A stretch of DNA of 64,000 nucleotides from Squalus acanthias (lineage: Eukaryota), in NCBI GenBank assembly GCA_030390025.1, contig CM059429.1, forward strand, positions 80,538,001-80,602,000. The letters run 5' to 3'. The position numbers were made by a program, and so were the translations under genes. Every line of letters starts with the position of its first letter. Position 1 is the stretch's first letter. Positions 12,601 to 25,629 of the stretch are shown here, one piece after another. Below the pieces are notes generated by a model. The model searched no databases. It saw nothing but the letters and a program-made list of their open reading frames with translations, and had not been told where the DNA came from.

Positions 12601-15600
12601 AAATGGTATCCTTGTGGTTTACATTTTCAGTAATTTTCCATTGCTACGCCAGAGTAGATGATGGGCTGGCACTTACAAACAGCAAGTTCTGGCATGCTCT
12701 GTGAATGCTGACAATCAAACATTTCTAGATGTTTTAGGTATAGGTGTCTCTTCGGAGTTGTAGCCTGCCAGCTTGAGTCTCTTAGGCTATCAATGATGGG
12801 TCTAAGAACTAGCATGAAGTCAAGGCTCTGACAAGAAACATTGTTACAGGCATTTTCACAAAGGTAAATGGTGTTGCATAGATAAGACTAATCATTCTTG
12901 TAAGTTAAGTATTGTTTTGTTCTTATTGTGTTAAGAACCATTTTCCATTATTAAGTACTCAACTTATTGAACAAACCAAATTGGTGACCGAAAGGACTTT
13001 CCAAAAATCTCTCGAGTGATTTGATTAGTTTCCCCTATTTTTTTAATTGGTAGGTCCTGCTGACTTCTCATTCTTGGTTTGTTGCTTTAATATACACTTC
13101 ATAGTTCCTCATTGGAAGTTTATCCATCTGATTTCCTTCAATTTGACTTGACAGCCCTTTAGTTGTGATTTTATGCTGTTTTATAACTGAAAGATTTGAG
13201 TCAAATCAGCTGCAAGAATTTTGCATATACTAAGGTTTGCTGCCCAGAGTTGATGCACAAAGGTGCGGTGTGGTGGACAAAACATACCAGAAATGTTTTT
13301 AATAACATACTAGTGGAACCCCCATAGTGACTCGGGATAATGGGTGTTATGCCATTTGGTATTGTGGATTTCTAGCAGTCTTTTGAGAAATTCTGTCTGT
13401 CTTACCATGAAAACTATAAATTGGTCTTGATGATTATTAACTATGTATTCAAATTTTATCTCTTTTAAAACCCAACAAGATGGTAGGTAAGATGTACCAA
13501 GATGGAAATATTTACCATTTGATTTAGCAGCACTGGGAGAGGTGCTGGGGTTTGACACTCTAGCGATTGGTGCTAGGGTTTAACAGCACAAGGGTAGCTC
13601 CTGGGGTTTGGGAGGACTCAGCTGTGATCCCAGGCTTGGTAGTAGTGGGTGTCCTGAGGTATTGTAGCCCTTGGTTTTGCAGCACTGTGGGGGTGTCTGG
13701 GGGTTTGACAGTATTGAGGTGGGGGTCCTGGGGTTTGTGAGCAGTGGTGGTGGGTCCTGCAATTTGGCAGCACTGCTGCAAGGGAACTGGGGTTGAAATC
13801 TGATTTCTGGCTTCATGAGGAAGAGGCTGGGTCTAGCTGCCCTGGGAGAGGGGAACTTGGAAATACATTTGTAAGAGATCTGCTCATAGATTGTGAGTTT
13901 TGCTTTTTGATTGGATCTTGAAAAATGTTTTCAGATATCAATAGTAAATAAGCATATGGCTCTTTCTATGTTTGTGCCATGCCTTTAGCCGTATAGGACC
14001 TACGCTCTAGAATTCCCTCGCTGAACCTCTCTTCCATTAAGATCATCCTTAAAACCCACCTCTTTGCCAAGCTTTTATTCACCCCCTTCTAATATTTCCT
14101 TTGGCTCAGTATTCAGGAATATGTTGGGCAGTGAGGTAGTGAGACTAGTCGTGTATAATAATGCCATTGATGTACAATGATATTTTATGTATTTATGCTT
14201 ATGGCTGTTGTCAGACACATAAAGAGAAGAAATGGCAGCCTTATCTGGTCCCTCATTGGAGGGGAATGCAGAGGAAATTCAGCCTTTGGTATATACTGTG
14301 GAAGTGGAGTACAAATTGAGAGTTCTGATTTTAATGAATTTATTAATTCTTCATCAAAGGCCATTTTTTTTCCAAGCTCAGGGAGAAAATGCTCCATTTT
14401 ACTCAATTGAAGGGAACAGGATGTGGAAGCTACCTAATTTACAAATGGCAGATACATTGCTGGAAAAGGAGAACTTTGTGGTTATTATCCAATTTATCCT
14501 TTAAAGGATTTATGTGGTCTTTGCTCTTTCTGTATCTACGTTGCTTAAAAGAGGAAAATTACTGCATTTAGCATTCTTGCTCTGTACTTTATTCTGTCTC
14601 TGTTTTCTAGGTCTTACTTTTTTCGCACTTGTAAGGTTAAATAGTTTGTCCACATACCTTTAAGTAGCTTTTAAAAATTCCATTATGATCTGAGCCAGCA
14701 TGGTGGATAGACATTACAGTGGGTCTCGGCACCAGAGGGGTGGGGGTTGCGAATCAGCCAGAGTTTCTGCTCTTGGTTGCTATCCCGCAGTGTCCACTGG
14801 AAGTGCGCAGGTAGAGTTTGGATATGAACAGAACTTGAATTCAGTTGTGATGCCTCGCCGTGACCAATTATCCTGCCAGCATTGTCTTACTTGTAAATCA
14901 TAGTCATCTGTGTGAGGTACTAAATAATGCCTGCTTCCTGTGGAACTGTAGCCCAGCAGGGAATCAGCATTTCATGAGGGGGGAAATTGGTGAGAAAGAA
15001 GAAAGATAATGAAGAATTCCATTGTTGCACCTTATTTTCTGATGGGCAAACGTGTGGATTTGAGAGCAGTAAAGTTACCAATGGGAGGAGAGAGAGGTAT
15101 GGGGGGCGGTAAATCGTGTAAAGTAGAGGGTGCTATTTATGTACTTGTACCTGTCTAATTGCATTGCCCGCTGTTTGCAGATAAAAAAGTAGAGATCGAC
15201 AAATTGGCAACTGAATATATCTCAAACGTGAAGAACCTGTCTCCGGATCAACGGGTTGATCATCTGAAGAAGATTCAGCTTGCCTACAATAAATGCAGAG
15301 AATACAGCGATGATAAAGTGCAGCTAGCAATGGAGACGTATGAAATGGTGGGTGGTCTGTTAGTCTGCAGGGGAATCCAAGGTTAATTACATTTTGGGGT
15401 TAGGGTAAAAGTGCAGCAATTTTCCTCAAGGTGTAATTAGGTGGCTTGTACATGGTCTGTGGAAGAAATGGGCTTGATGAACAATGGCTTTTTATCATTG
15501 CATGTGTAATGCTCCAATAATCTACGGAATGTTTCTGAAATACCAACGGTCTATCTATTGCCATTTTCCCAAGTCATGGTAGACATTATATTAAACTGCA

Positions 15601-18600
15601 AAAAAAAATGCAGCTTTCACGGGTGCAATCCTAATGAACTAAACCACACACAGAAATGATGCACTAAGTTGGTACAAAATATGAAAGTATCTCAAACTGA
15701 CACTATCAAACCGTCTAGTGGGAGAACAGTATCCCAAGAAGACTGGGTTATTGAGGTGGAGGAAATACTGCAAATTATGTCTAGACCTAGAGATGTTTGT
15801 ACTTTGTTCTGACGCAAAATAGACCAGCAGGTATTTAACCTTCTCCATCTTTCTGCATTTACTTCATGTGTTGTTCTCCCAGCACCGTTTTGAAATTATA
15901 TCACCCTTTCAATACACAAGACATAGTTCAGAGGCAGAAGTGACATGGAAAGATAATAAAAATGATGTTTATTATGTTCTGCATTCTGAAAGGGTGATAA
16001 AATTTCAAAACTATGCCATTTTACTCAAGCTGCTAAACTAGCATTGATGCTTTAAAGTGGAACTGTATTGCTGTGTGTTCAAAGATCCCGAATTTCCATT
16101 ACTGGCAGTATCTTCTGATTTAGTACATCTGGGGCACATAAGTGTCAGTTGGGCCAGGAGCCTGAGTGGTAGAAAAGTGTGACATTTCTCACCTCCCTGT
16201 CCCAGATTCTTTGGACTATGGCTGCTTTTCAGTGCATATTGTCACAGTGATGCAGATCTGAATATGTGAACATTCAAATTGTCTGGCGCTGTGTTAGAAA
16301 TTACTTGTGTGTTTATGGCAGGTTGATAAACACATCAGGCGGCTGGATGCTGAACTGGCCAGGTTTGAAGCTGATCTGAAGGAAAAGTTGGAATCAAGTG
16401 ACTATGACAGCTCAGGAGGGAGAGGCAATAAGAGTAAGTAATGGTATTAATTGTTTTGATGCAGAAAATAATTCTGAAATGGAGAACCAGTGGAAAATTA
16501 CCTGCATAGGAACAGGAGGAGGCCATTCAGCCCCTCAAGCCTTTTCCACCATTCAATTAGATCATGGCTGATCTGTATCTTAACTGCATTGACCCGCCTT
16601 GGTTCCGTAACCCTCAAGACCCTTGCCTATCAAAAATCTATCAGTCTCAGTTTTGAAATTATCAATTGATCTAGCCTCAACAGCTTTTTGGGGGATTTTA
16701 AATTTTTTTTAAACTGGGTTTGCTAACTAACTCGGTGTTGAAAGGCCACACACTGATTTTTGAGAGCGCAGGTTCCAAGCAGATGGCATAAATATGAAGC
16801 TACCAGATATTCGTGTCTCATGCAACATCTGTCTTGTTTGTTTATCTCTTTTTCTTTGATGTTACTCTTCACTACCATATATCAGCCTTGAACCATGAAG
16901 ATGAGGCTAGTTGGACTGCAGACCTCAAGTTAAGTAGCAGAGAAGCGTATCCATTTATCATCTCTCTCTTAATAGGGAGAGAACTTGCTGCAACTGATTT
17001 GATAAAGATTTATTAATTGTTGTGTTATTCAAATTCATTATCCTGATGCAGACTTCTCCCAGATACTCTCTTCTACATCCCTCTCTCGTTCAGTGTTGTG
17101 TCTCATGCAATTTATTTGGACGCTTGCTTTAAAAAACAAAACTATGTCCAGGGAAGCACCCTCCCTTTGCTATACATGTAAAATGGAAAAAATCCATTCT
17201 CTTAAGAAAAGGCTAAAGAGTAAATTCAAAATCATCTCTTAAACTGGCAACAGGAGAAATAGATGGGTTGGAGCTCAAAGTGCTAAAACTGAATGACAAA
17301 TAGAGCTACATATACACTTACCTGCACATTTCACGTGCTTCTCTCTTCCCCCTTTTTAGAAGGCAGAGGCCAGAAAGACAAGAGGGGGTCTCGGGGTCGT
17401 GGCAGACGGGCATCTGATGATGATACACCAAAGAAGAAGAAGCAGAAAGCTGGGTAGGGTGGATATTTGACTTGTTCTAAACAGTGCAGTTGATTTTCAT
17501 TTTGATATTTCTTCTCTTCCCCCCATTTCATATCAACACAGTTCCCAGCAGGTGCAAGTTCACTGTGATATATGGGGAGTATTTGAATCTAAAATACCCC
17601 ATCTCCAACATACTGTAGAAAAGGACTAGCTTGTAAGAGGGGAGAATCATCATTTTATATTCTCCACAATCCTAAGGAGTTAGTCCAGGTGTGGATTTAT
17701 TTGTTCTGGGAAGCCACGTGCTGGGTGTGTTTGCTTAATGTTTTGATGTCAGACTGGAGTTTACTCATCCTTCAGCCAGCATGTAGGAGGGGAGCAGCCC
17801 TAATCAGTATCTGCAGGACCCCCTTCTCAACCTCTCCTAAGTCTCCGCTACCCGGCTCCCTGACGGTCACACTCTCCCCTTCCTGTACTTTCCTCTGGGG
17901 TGTGACTGTGCTCTGAATAAAACTATCCAGAAATTCCTCCCCCTCCCTTATGTGTCGGAGTATCTCTAACTCGCTCTCCAGCTCAATGACTCTGAGCCGG
18001 AGTGACTGAAGGCAGAGACATTTCCTGCATATATGGGAATCCGGGACAGTCTCGCTGTCCACAAACTCCCACATACTGCAGTCCCAACACATAGCCTACT
18101 GCAGTCTCGACACATAGCCTGCCCTGCTATCTCGAGTCTTTTTTATTTATTTGTTTATCGATAGCCTGAATTAAATTTAGGTAGACTGCTTTTGTTAAAA
18201 AAACAAATTACTTACTGCTTACTCACCCGATTTACACGCCCTCAGAGCTCCTCCTCCATGCTCGCCGTGACGTCACTGCTGACGTCGCTTTCAGAATTCC
18301 GAGAATCCTCTGGTGTTTGTGCTAGCCAGCTCCTCCCTCGGTGCTCTGCACTGACTGGCAATTCTCTCTCACTCCCGCTCCTTTTAAAACACGGCCGGCT
18401 CCTCCCTCTGTGCTCGATTGGAGCTAACTTCACGTTTGTGTTTCAGTCCCCAAACTGATTTACAATCGTTCAGAATGTGGTATCCCCATACCCTGGAAAT
18501 GTATTACTTACGAGTCCTCATCTGAACTGACAGCCATTTTTGGTTCCCCAATGCATGTCTATTCAGTGAGGTCTCTTCAATTGACCCTGCTTTGGCAATG

Positions 18601-21600
18601 GTCTCAGTTATCTCAGCCAGTGTGGATCGACCAAGCAGAAGCTCTGGATTTCAGGTGATGGGCCTAGGAGTGCAGTGTCCTCCTCAGGAGATCCCCTACG
18701 CCATCTTCTCCCCAGCTGATAACCAGACACATCCCTCTTGGTGGGGGGGGGGGGCAGATCTTCAGGATGCATGGGCTCGATGTAAGTGAAATACAGCATA
18801 TCTGCTTGGCATAACTGCTACTACTACAACTTGCATTTATATGGCGCCTTTAACGTAGCAAAACATCCCAAGGCACTTCACGAGCGATATCAATAAAAAT
18901 TTTTGATGATAAGCCACAAAAGGAGATATCAGGACAGATGAGCAAAAGCTTGGTCAAAGAGGTAGGTTTTTAATAACAACCACCTGAAGTTATGGGTGTT
19001 GCAGCTGGGCCTGGAATATTTCCCGGCACTGATGTAGGGCAAATCTTTGATTATATGATGTGACAGTGGAGCTATACTGTTAGGGAATGGATGTTCTTAT
19101 AAGTTTATAAGTTATTCCACATGATAATAGGGTTCAAAAGCATGCATTGGCTTTCATAGGAATTAAGCATACAATGATAACTTATTAATAATTACACATA
19201 TACTTAAGATTGCACTTCCGATAATTCACGTTACAATTCGTGAGCTCCAGGGGATCGGCTGGCCAAGCCTTGTTGAATTCTAAAGTATCTATTCTAACAG
19301 CCCTCTTTTTATACCTTTCTTTCACATTGGCTACGTGAGAACCCGCTTGTTATCAAAGGATTACCTCATCCCGTTATTAACTTAATGAATTTCAGTTTTA
19401 ACAAGTAGGCCTAACCCATAAATCTTATGAAGGCTTTATCTTGACTGAGTTGTCATTCAACTGGATGAGTTATCACTTGCCTTGCGCAGATGTGTCCTTG
19501 AAGGAGTTAATCCCAAGGAGGACAGCTGCTAAGGTTAAGAAAGCTTGTAGCTGAATGCTTATCAGCTAAAGTCTCTGCCCGGTCAACAAAACTGACTTTT
19601 CCAGCCTTCTAACAGAAACTTACTTAACAGACAAAAGCTAAAAGTTAAGAATTAACCATGTACAAACAAGGCAGTACCTATTCCCAGTCCCTCTGTCAAG
19701 AATCAGTCCTGCTTGCTGCTGGTGGTTGAACAATGGGGTGATGCATTCAGCTCAGCTCAAAGCTTGGCTGGGGTAGATAGCACAGTAGCCAAACCTCTCA
19801 GCCATTTGACAGTCCACCCTCATGAGTGAGGAGTACGAAACCACACGAAAAGGAGTACCTGGAGATGAAAGCTGTTTGTCTCACTGCCAGTCACCAGGTT
19901 GCATCAGTCTGTTCAAAGCTAAGGGATATATTGACCACCTCTTCGACACAGGTTTCTACATAGGATTACATAGGATATACGGCACAGAAACAGGCCATTC
20001 AGCCCAACCAGTCCTGTTTCTACAGATCCCAAAAGGTTGGAGGGAAAGCAGTTGAAGCGATTTTGGTGGCACCTTACCGTTGCTGCAAGCCTCATTTCAC
20101 AAACATCCTAATGTCAAGCACTGCCCACTTTCTCTACCCGTGGATAAGATTTCTTCTCTCAACTGTCAGGCCAATTTCTGGTTGATAGCCTGACTATCGA
20201 GCAGATCAATTGTTGGACTGAGATCCACCTTTTACAGTTGCCACCTTACTTAATTTACACAAGTTCTTTTCAAAGGGGGTATGAAGCCAAATCGAAAAAA
20301 TTGTCCATTGGGGCTCTACCAAATCTGTGGGCTCCATCTCATGTAGTGTTACTCCCATCCTTGAGTATCTCCATCTAGGTTAAACTGTATCTGTGTTTGT
20401 GCACATATTGAAATTACTGTGGTCTTTCATCAAATCCATTAGGGCACACCCATTGGTACTTTGCTTCCTGCAGGCATAGTTACACAGTAAAATGAAAAGG
20501 AAAAACTGCAAACACTGGAAGGCTGAAATAAAAACAGAAAATGCTGGAAATATACAGTCAGTAAAGAGAAAAGATGTTTTTAGTGTGTACTTCATCTGAA
20601 TCCTTTCTTTCTCTTTACAGATACTATGTATTGACAGCATTTTCTGTTTTGGTCACTATTGGCTAACTTGGACCTCAGTTTGGTTTTCACAAGTTAATGT
20701 ATCCTCTGTTTGAACCAATTTGAATGTGTGACCTTGTGTTTCCATCATGGGAACTGGTGCTGCTAATGGCTCTGATTTCTGTGCACAGGGCTAGTAAACT
20801 AAAAACTTGAGAAATTGATCAGCAATGTTTGAGATGCCATTCTGTTGGAGCAGGGCGATAAAAACGGAATTAGATTTCCTATCTTAAATGAAATTGAGAG
20901 ACCACTTTAGACACAAGTCCAGGGTGCACTGTGGGTTTCTATCTGTTTCATTTAGGATCAGAAATTATAATTCTCCATTTTTGTAATCTCCTTGTGTACA
21001 AATTGAAGCTAGAGCAATGTTTTCATTATGTGGACATGCTTAGAAGTCTGTGTTCTTGCATAGATTTTACAAAATCCCATTGAAAGGCTAGGCAGTTGGG
21101 ACATGTCAGTGTAAGTAGCAGATAGTGAAATGGGTGGAGCACTGCATTCTCTACTGATCATCTCTCGGTTGGGGGGGGGGGCGGGGAACCTAGTGGTTCA
21201 ATCAAAGGTCATTCCGCCTATTCTACAGCCTCTTTCTGGGCATCACTAACTTGAGTTCTGGTCAATAGCATCTGCAGTAACCCACATACATTGTCTGGTG
21301 ATCATCTGGTGGAAGTCCTGTTGGTTGGGGTTTCTTGATGCTGCTTGGTTAGTCGCCTGTGGGGCATGGAGCTTATAGATGATCACCTACCTTGTAGGAT
21401 TGTCTTCATTCTTTGAATGATATGCATCTTCGACACACCCCACTCTCCTCTGATCATTCTCTCAGACCTCGAACAAATGCTTGTTTTTGGACTTGAGGAT
21501 TTGGCTTGGCCTTTCTGTGGGTCAGAATGAATTAGCGCAGCAGTGTATGACATGGACTTGTATAAGACACAGTAGCAGAATGCAATGTGCAATACTACCC

Positions 21601-24600
21601 AAAGTCTCTGCCATCAAAATACCATTGAGTAACTCTTGCAATTGGAGGATGTACATCATTCATATAAAAAACCCCACCCTATGAGGGATGTACTTTATCT
21701 TTTTCAGCATTTAGTTTCTCCCCATGGGTGTCTCCTTACACAGGAAAGCTGCTTAAGTGAACAATTCCACTGAGAAATCAGAACATTGGCACTTGGGACC
21801 AACCATGGTTGCTGAGCTCAAGACATCTTTCTTACACTGTTGTAATGTTTGCTACATTATGTGACTCCACTTCAAAAAGTACTTCACCTACTGTAAAGCG
21901 CTTTGGGACATCTTGAAGTCATGAAAGGTGTGATATAAATGCAAGTCTTTCTTTATCTGAACCAGAAAAGGTGATTGATAGCTGAGTAGACAACAGCTGA
22001 ATATCTTCAACAAGGCAACAGATTTTTATGTAAGTCCTTTCCCCATTGCATTGATGGGAGATTTCTTATATTGAACTTACTCTCCTCACATACACACCTC
22101 CCGTTAAGCTGTGTGGGTGAAGAGACAAAAAGGAAGAATTAGCGGTGGGAGTGACCATGAGCTTCAAGGTTGATTTGCTGATTTTGTAATTAATCTGTGT
22201 GGTACTATTAATAAGCTTCTCAACGACAGTCGTGCATCTAATTTGAACATGCACGGATAGGACAGAATGAGTTATATGGTGAGCTGCTTTATCCAACCTC
22301 TTAAGATAACCCCATGATGAACATTTTCACGGAACTGTTTCTCGTCCTCATGCATAACTCAAATAGCTGTTTTTTGCCTTATCTGTACACTATCAAGAAA
22401 TTATTCCTTAGTATAGGGATACTCCATGTGTCTCTGTTGCCAGCCACCAGCCAAATTATTTTAGTGAGTTGTCATCTTGTTCTACCATGTGCCGGGTGAG
22501 AGACCTTAGAGATGGCTGTTGAAAGACGTTGAACAAGTGGTAGCCATGTCATCTTAAAAACAGCCAGAAATGGAAGTGCAATGCTAGGGGATATCAGGCT
22601 GAGTAAAAGTGGACACTGAGTGTCAGTGAGGCACGTAGTTGTCAGCCCTAAGTTTAAAAAAAAAACAGACTTGATCCCATAACCCGTTCCTGCCAGTGAG
22701 GACAAATAACTATTTAAAAAAAACAATCCTGGCAATCTGAAATAAAAGTCGCAATCGTGGAAAGTACTCAGCAGGCCCATTGTCCTCTCTAAAGGGAACA
22801 GTCGCGTTAACAGGTTTTTACTCCTGTCAGCAAGAATTTGAGTCTGGTACCGGGTGTTTGGTAGAGATACCAATACTTTTAATGAGGAATAGGCTGAACA
22901 GAATAATGAATGGTAGAGAGGTGTGTGTCATGTGAACAGGTGCTGTTTGTGATGGAAGCAATTTGAGGTGACAGATTGAAGTATAATATTGTCTATCACA
23001 CTGTCACATTTCAAAATCTTTACCTATTTGTCTGAGAGGTCGTTTTGGGCAACTTTGTATTAGTGTTGCTATGTGTTTTGATTTGGTTTACAAGGAGTTA
23101 ACTCCATGAACACATTGTTCAGGATGTCAAGTAGGACCTTTTACTGGTGTACTAGATGAAGTAGCTAACAGAATTGTGTATACTCAAAATACCATATCAG
23201 TTTGAGACAATGAGTGGCGTCGTTGGCACATTCCAGAGAAGTTTCCTACATTACAACAGTGACTACACTTCAAAAGTACTTCATTAGCTGTAAAGTGCTT
23301 TGGGACATCCTGAGGTTGTGAAAGGCGCTATATAAATACAAGTCTTTCTTTCTATAATGTTGGATTGATTTCATTCATTGAGAACAGCAGGAAGCTGGGG
23401 GTGGAGTTCCTTATTTGAGCTAGTAGTTTTGATTAGTAGCTCAGTAAGCCAATCCACAAGCTGAGGAAGAATCAGACATTAGGCTGTTGGCTTCCCCTCT
23501 CTGTAGGAGGGCTAAAGCAGTCTGCAGGAGGTTTGTGTCTGGAACAGAGAGAGGCACAGGGATCCCGCATTCTAAGACAGTGCCTGTTGTTTCAGTATTA
23601 ATGTGTAAAGTGAGTTAAGCTCACGTCAAGGTTTGCATAATTTATTATTTTTGATATTAGGAGCAATAGGAAATCCATAAATCTTGCTGTTAAAGTGGCA
23701 TTCTGTTCATTTATGTATTTTGCTTAAAATAAACCAGTTTGTTGGTTTACAATTAGCTTATGAATAAAGTGCTCATCAGTCCACCTTCTGAGAAATGTAT
23801 GTGGCAACATCTGTAAGATCACAGTATCCAGTACACATAATGAGGGGTCTTATTGTTACAGGCCGCGGGCCATCCGATCATTTAGCTAGATTTTGGGTAA
23901 TAACGGTACTAACCAGATCGTAGGGGATGTGGGGTTCGTTACAGGAGTGACCAATGACGTTGAACTTAAGAGACTATTTAGTCAGACCTCAAATTTGTAT
24001 CAGACATATTAAGAAAAAAATCAATTCAAACCAACTTATTTAACTATTTAAGCCGTGTGATAATTTTGTTCCTTCTCCTCTAGGTCTGAATATTCTGACT
24101 CCATTTTGAAAATGCACCCATCTGATGTGTTGGACATGCCAGTTGACCCCAACGAACCCACCTACTGTCTGTGTCACCAGGTTTCTTACGGAGAAATGAT
24201 TGGCTGCGATAACCCAGATGTAAGTGCCTGCGATTTGGATTGGCCGAATTGTGGGAGAATATTTCTAGTGTTTTAGTTTTATTTTCTGTTGCCAATACTG
24301 TTTTAAATACCATTCCTATTAATAATTAGAGCTGGGTAAAGGGAGTGGTTGGTACTTTGTTCCTTATGCATAGAGGTTTAAATGCAGAGTAACTAACTTG
24401 CTGAACTAGAGTTTTTGGAGCATGCATTAGGCTATGAGAAATCCATGTCTGCCTGTGCGTTCCGCAACTACAAGGGTCACATTTGTATCGCTTGTTCAAG
24501 CTGTCGTTGGTTATAGAGTAACTCCATATTCTGAGAACCTTTGGTGTTAGTTTGAAAAATCACCACTTGGTTTGAAAGTTCCATCATCTGCTGTTGGAGA

Positions 24601-25629
24601 CTCTTTCTGTACAAGGTTTGGGTGGAGGGAGTGGCTGGAACCTTTGTAAATTAATGGTGTTACAGCCCAGTTTTTCTTGCAGAAACCCCTCATACCCCTT
24701 CTCCTGCCTCCATTTTTAAGGTTTTTTTTTCTAGTTTCCCTTCTGCCTAATGCATCTATCTCCAATCAAGTGGGTGAACAAGGGATCTGGTTCCAGAGCC
24801 TTGTGCATGTGCTGCTCTCAACAGTAGATATAACCGTGTGCTGCAAGGTGACTTCCAGTCTCTCCTCTACCTAGCTGCCAAGCACCTAACCAGCTGCATC
24901 TGGTTGCTATCAATGTGCTTTAAGTAGATGCTGTGATACATTCTCAGTTAAATCCAGTAACCAAACTGCAACTCAAAACTGTTACCTGTGGGTTCTGCTG
25001 TATGAGCAAGTTGAGACAGAGACTTGAAATAGTTATTCTGGTTTGTGTAGAAGTATGCCAGTTGTTCTGATGTTTTGTCAGTGGGATTAATCTGTTGTTT
25101 TCTGCTTTGTTACCGATAGTGCCCAATTGAGTGGTTTCACTTTGCTTGCGTGGACCTCGCAACAAAACCAAAAGGGAAATGGTAAGTAAGGCTGGCCAGC
25201 ACAAGTATTGTACAATTCTACTTGGGGAAAAGCAAGGTCTCTGACAGAAGATTAAAATGATCAGTAGACATTGAATTTCTGGCCACAAGGAAGAATGATC
25301 CTGGAGGGAGAAGGTGCTTGGTTTGTAGCTGGTATTAGAAGTGGTGTTAGCTGCGGTCCGAGCTCTAAACGTCTACGGGTTAATTTACACTAAAGCGATA
25401 GCAAAGTGTAACCGTTCGCACTGATTCAGCTGTTGTAAATACACCTTTTAGCCACCCTTTCCTCGGGGCAGGCTTTGTAGATGTGAACGACAATAACTCA
25501 ATTTAGGGGATGGGGAAGGAAGGTGTTGAGGAATTCAAGGAATAACATTGTGACTGCCTGTTTACTTCTCCGTTCTTGTTTGTGTACAGGTTCTGTCCAC
25601 GATGTACCCAGGAAAGGAAAAAGAAGTGA
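9193..25629 (+). CDS. ING5: Inhibitor of growth protein 5; spliced CDS of 8 exons, 720 nt, 239 aa (ING helical domain, basic NLS region, PHD finger)
   Basis: Exons 9193-9229, 11677-11748, 15181-15347, 16322-16433, 17360-17453, 24084-24219, 25120-25181 and 25590-25629 are all GT-AG bounded and join in frame. The protein runs from [23 protein letters not shown] to [60 protein letters not shown] and LPCEL distinguish ING5 from ING4. Confidence 0.96.
9655..10465 (+). repeat. Minisatellite in ING5 intron 1, unit about 36 bp (GCAGGGGGGTAACAGGCAATGATGTGTACAGTGCAG)
   Basis: About 20 tandem units with variants, degenerating after about 10350. Confidence 0.95.
11677..11748 (+). CDS. ING5: ING5 exon 2 ([24 protein letters not shown])
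   Basis: Acceptor ctctgacag, donor gtgcgt; 72 nt. Confidence 0.95.
13540..13800 (+). repeat. Degenerate G/T-rich tandem repeat (gggtcctggggtttg-like)
   Basis: Recurrent ctggggtttg motifs. Confidence 0.5.
15181..15347 (+). CDS. ING5: ING5 exon 3 ([13 protein letters not shown]...[11 protein letters not shown])
   Basis: Acceptor tgtttgcag, donor gtgggt; 167 nt. Confidence 0.95.
16322..16433 (+). CDS. ING5: ING5 exon 4 ([22 protein letters not shown]...GGRGNK)
   Basis: Acceptor ttatggcag, donor gtaagt; 112 nt. Confidence 0.95.
17360..17453 (+). CDS. ING5: ING5 exon 5 (basic NLS region, [32 protein letters not shown])
   Basis: Polypyrimidine tract then tttttag; donor gtaggg; 94 nt. Confidence 0.93.
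17700..18435 (-). mobile_element. CR1 5' fragment (5'UTR plus ORF1 zinc finger/leucine zipper) in ING5 intron 5
   Basis: CWDCSMWE...[32 protein letters not shown] is typical of the CR1 ORF1 N-terminus. Confidence 0.8.
19078..19673 (-). mobile_element. Possible solo LTR
   Basis: TG...CA ends; imperfect 4-bp flanks ATAC/GTAC; minus-strand CCAAT and TATAAAA; only one copy in the window. Confidence 0.35.
24084..24219 (+). CDS. ING5: ING5 exon 6 (start of PHD finger, [29 protein letters not shown])
   Basis: Acceptor ctcctctag, donor gtaagt; 136 nt. Confidence 0.96.
25120..25181 (+). CDS. ING5: ING5 exon 7 ([21 protein letters not shown])
   Basis: Acceptor ccgatag, donor gtaagt; 62 nt. Confidence 0.96.
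25590..25629 (+). CDS. ING5: ING5 exon 8, coding part ([12 protein letters not shown])
   Basis: Acceptor tgtgtacag; TGA at 25627-25629. Confidence 0.95.
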
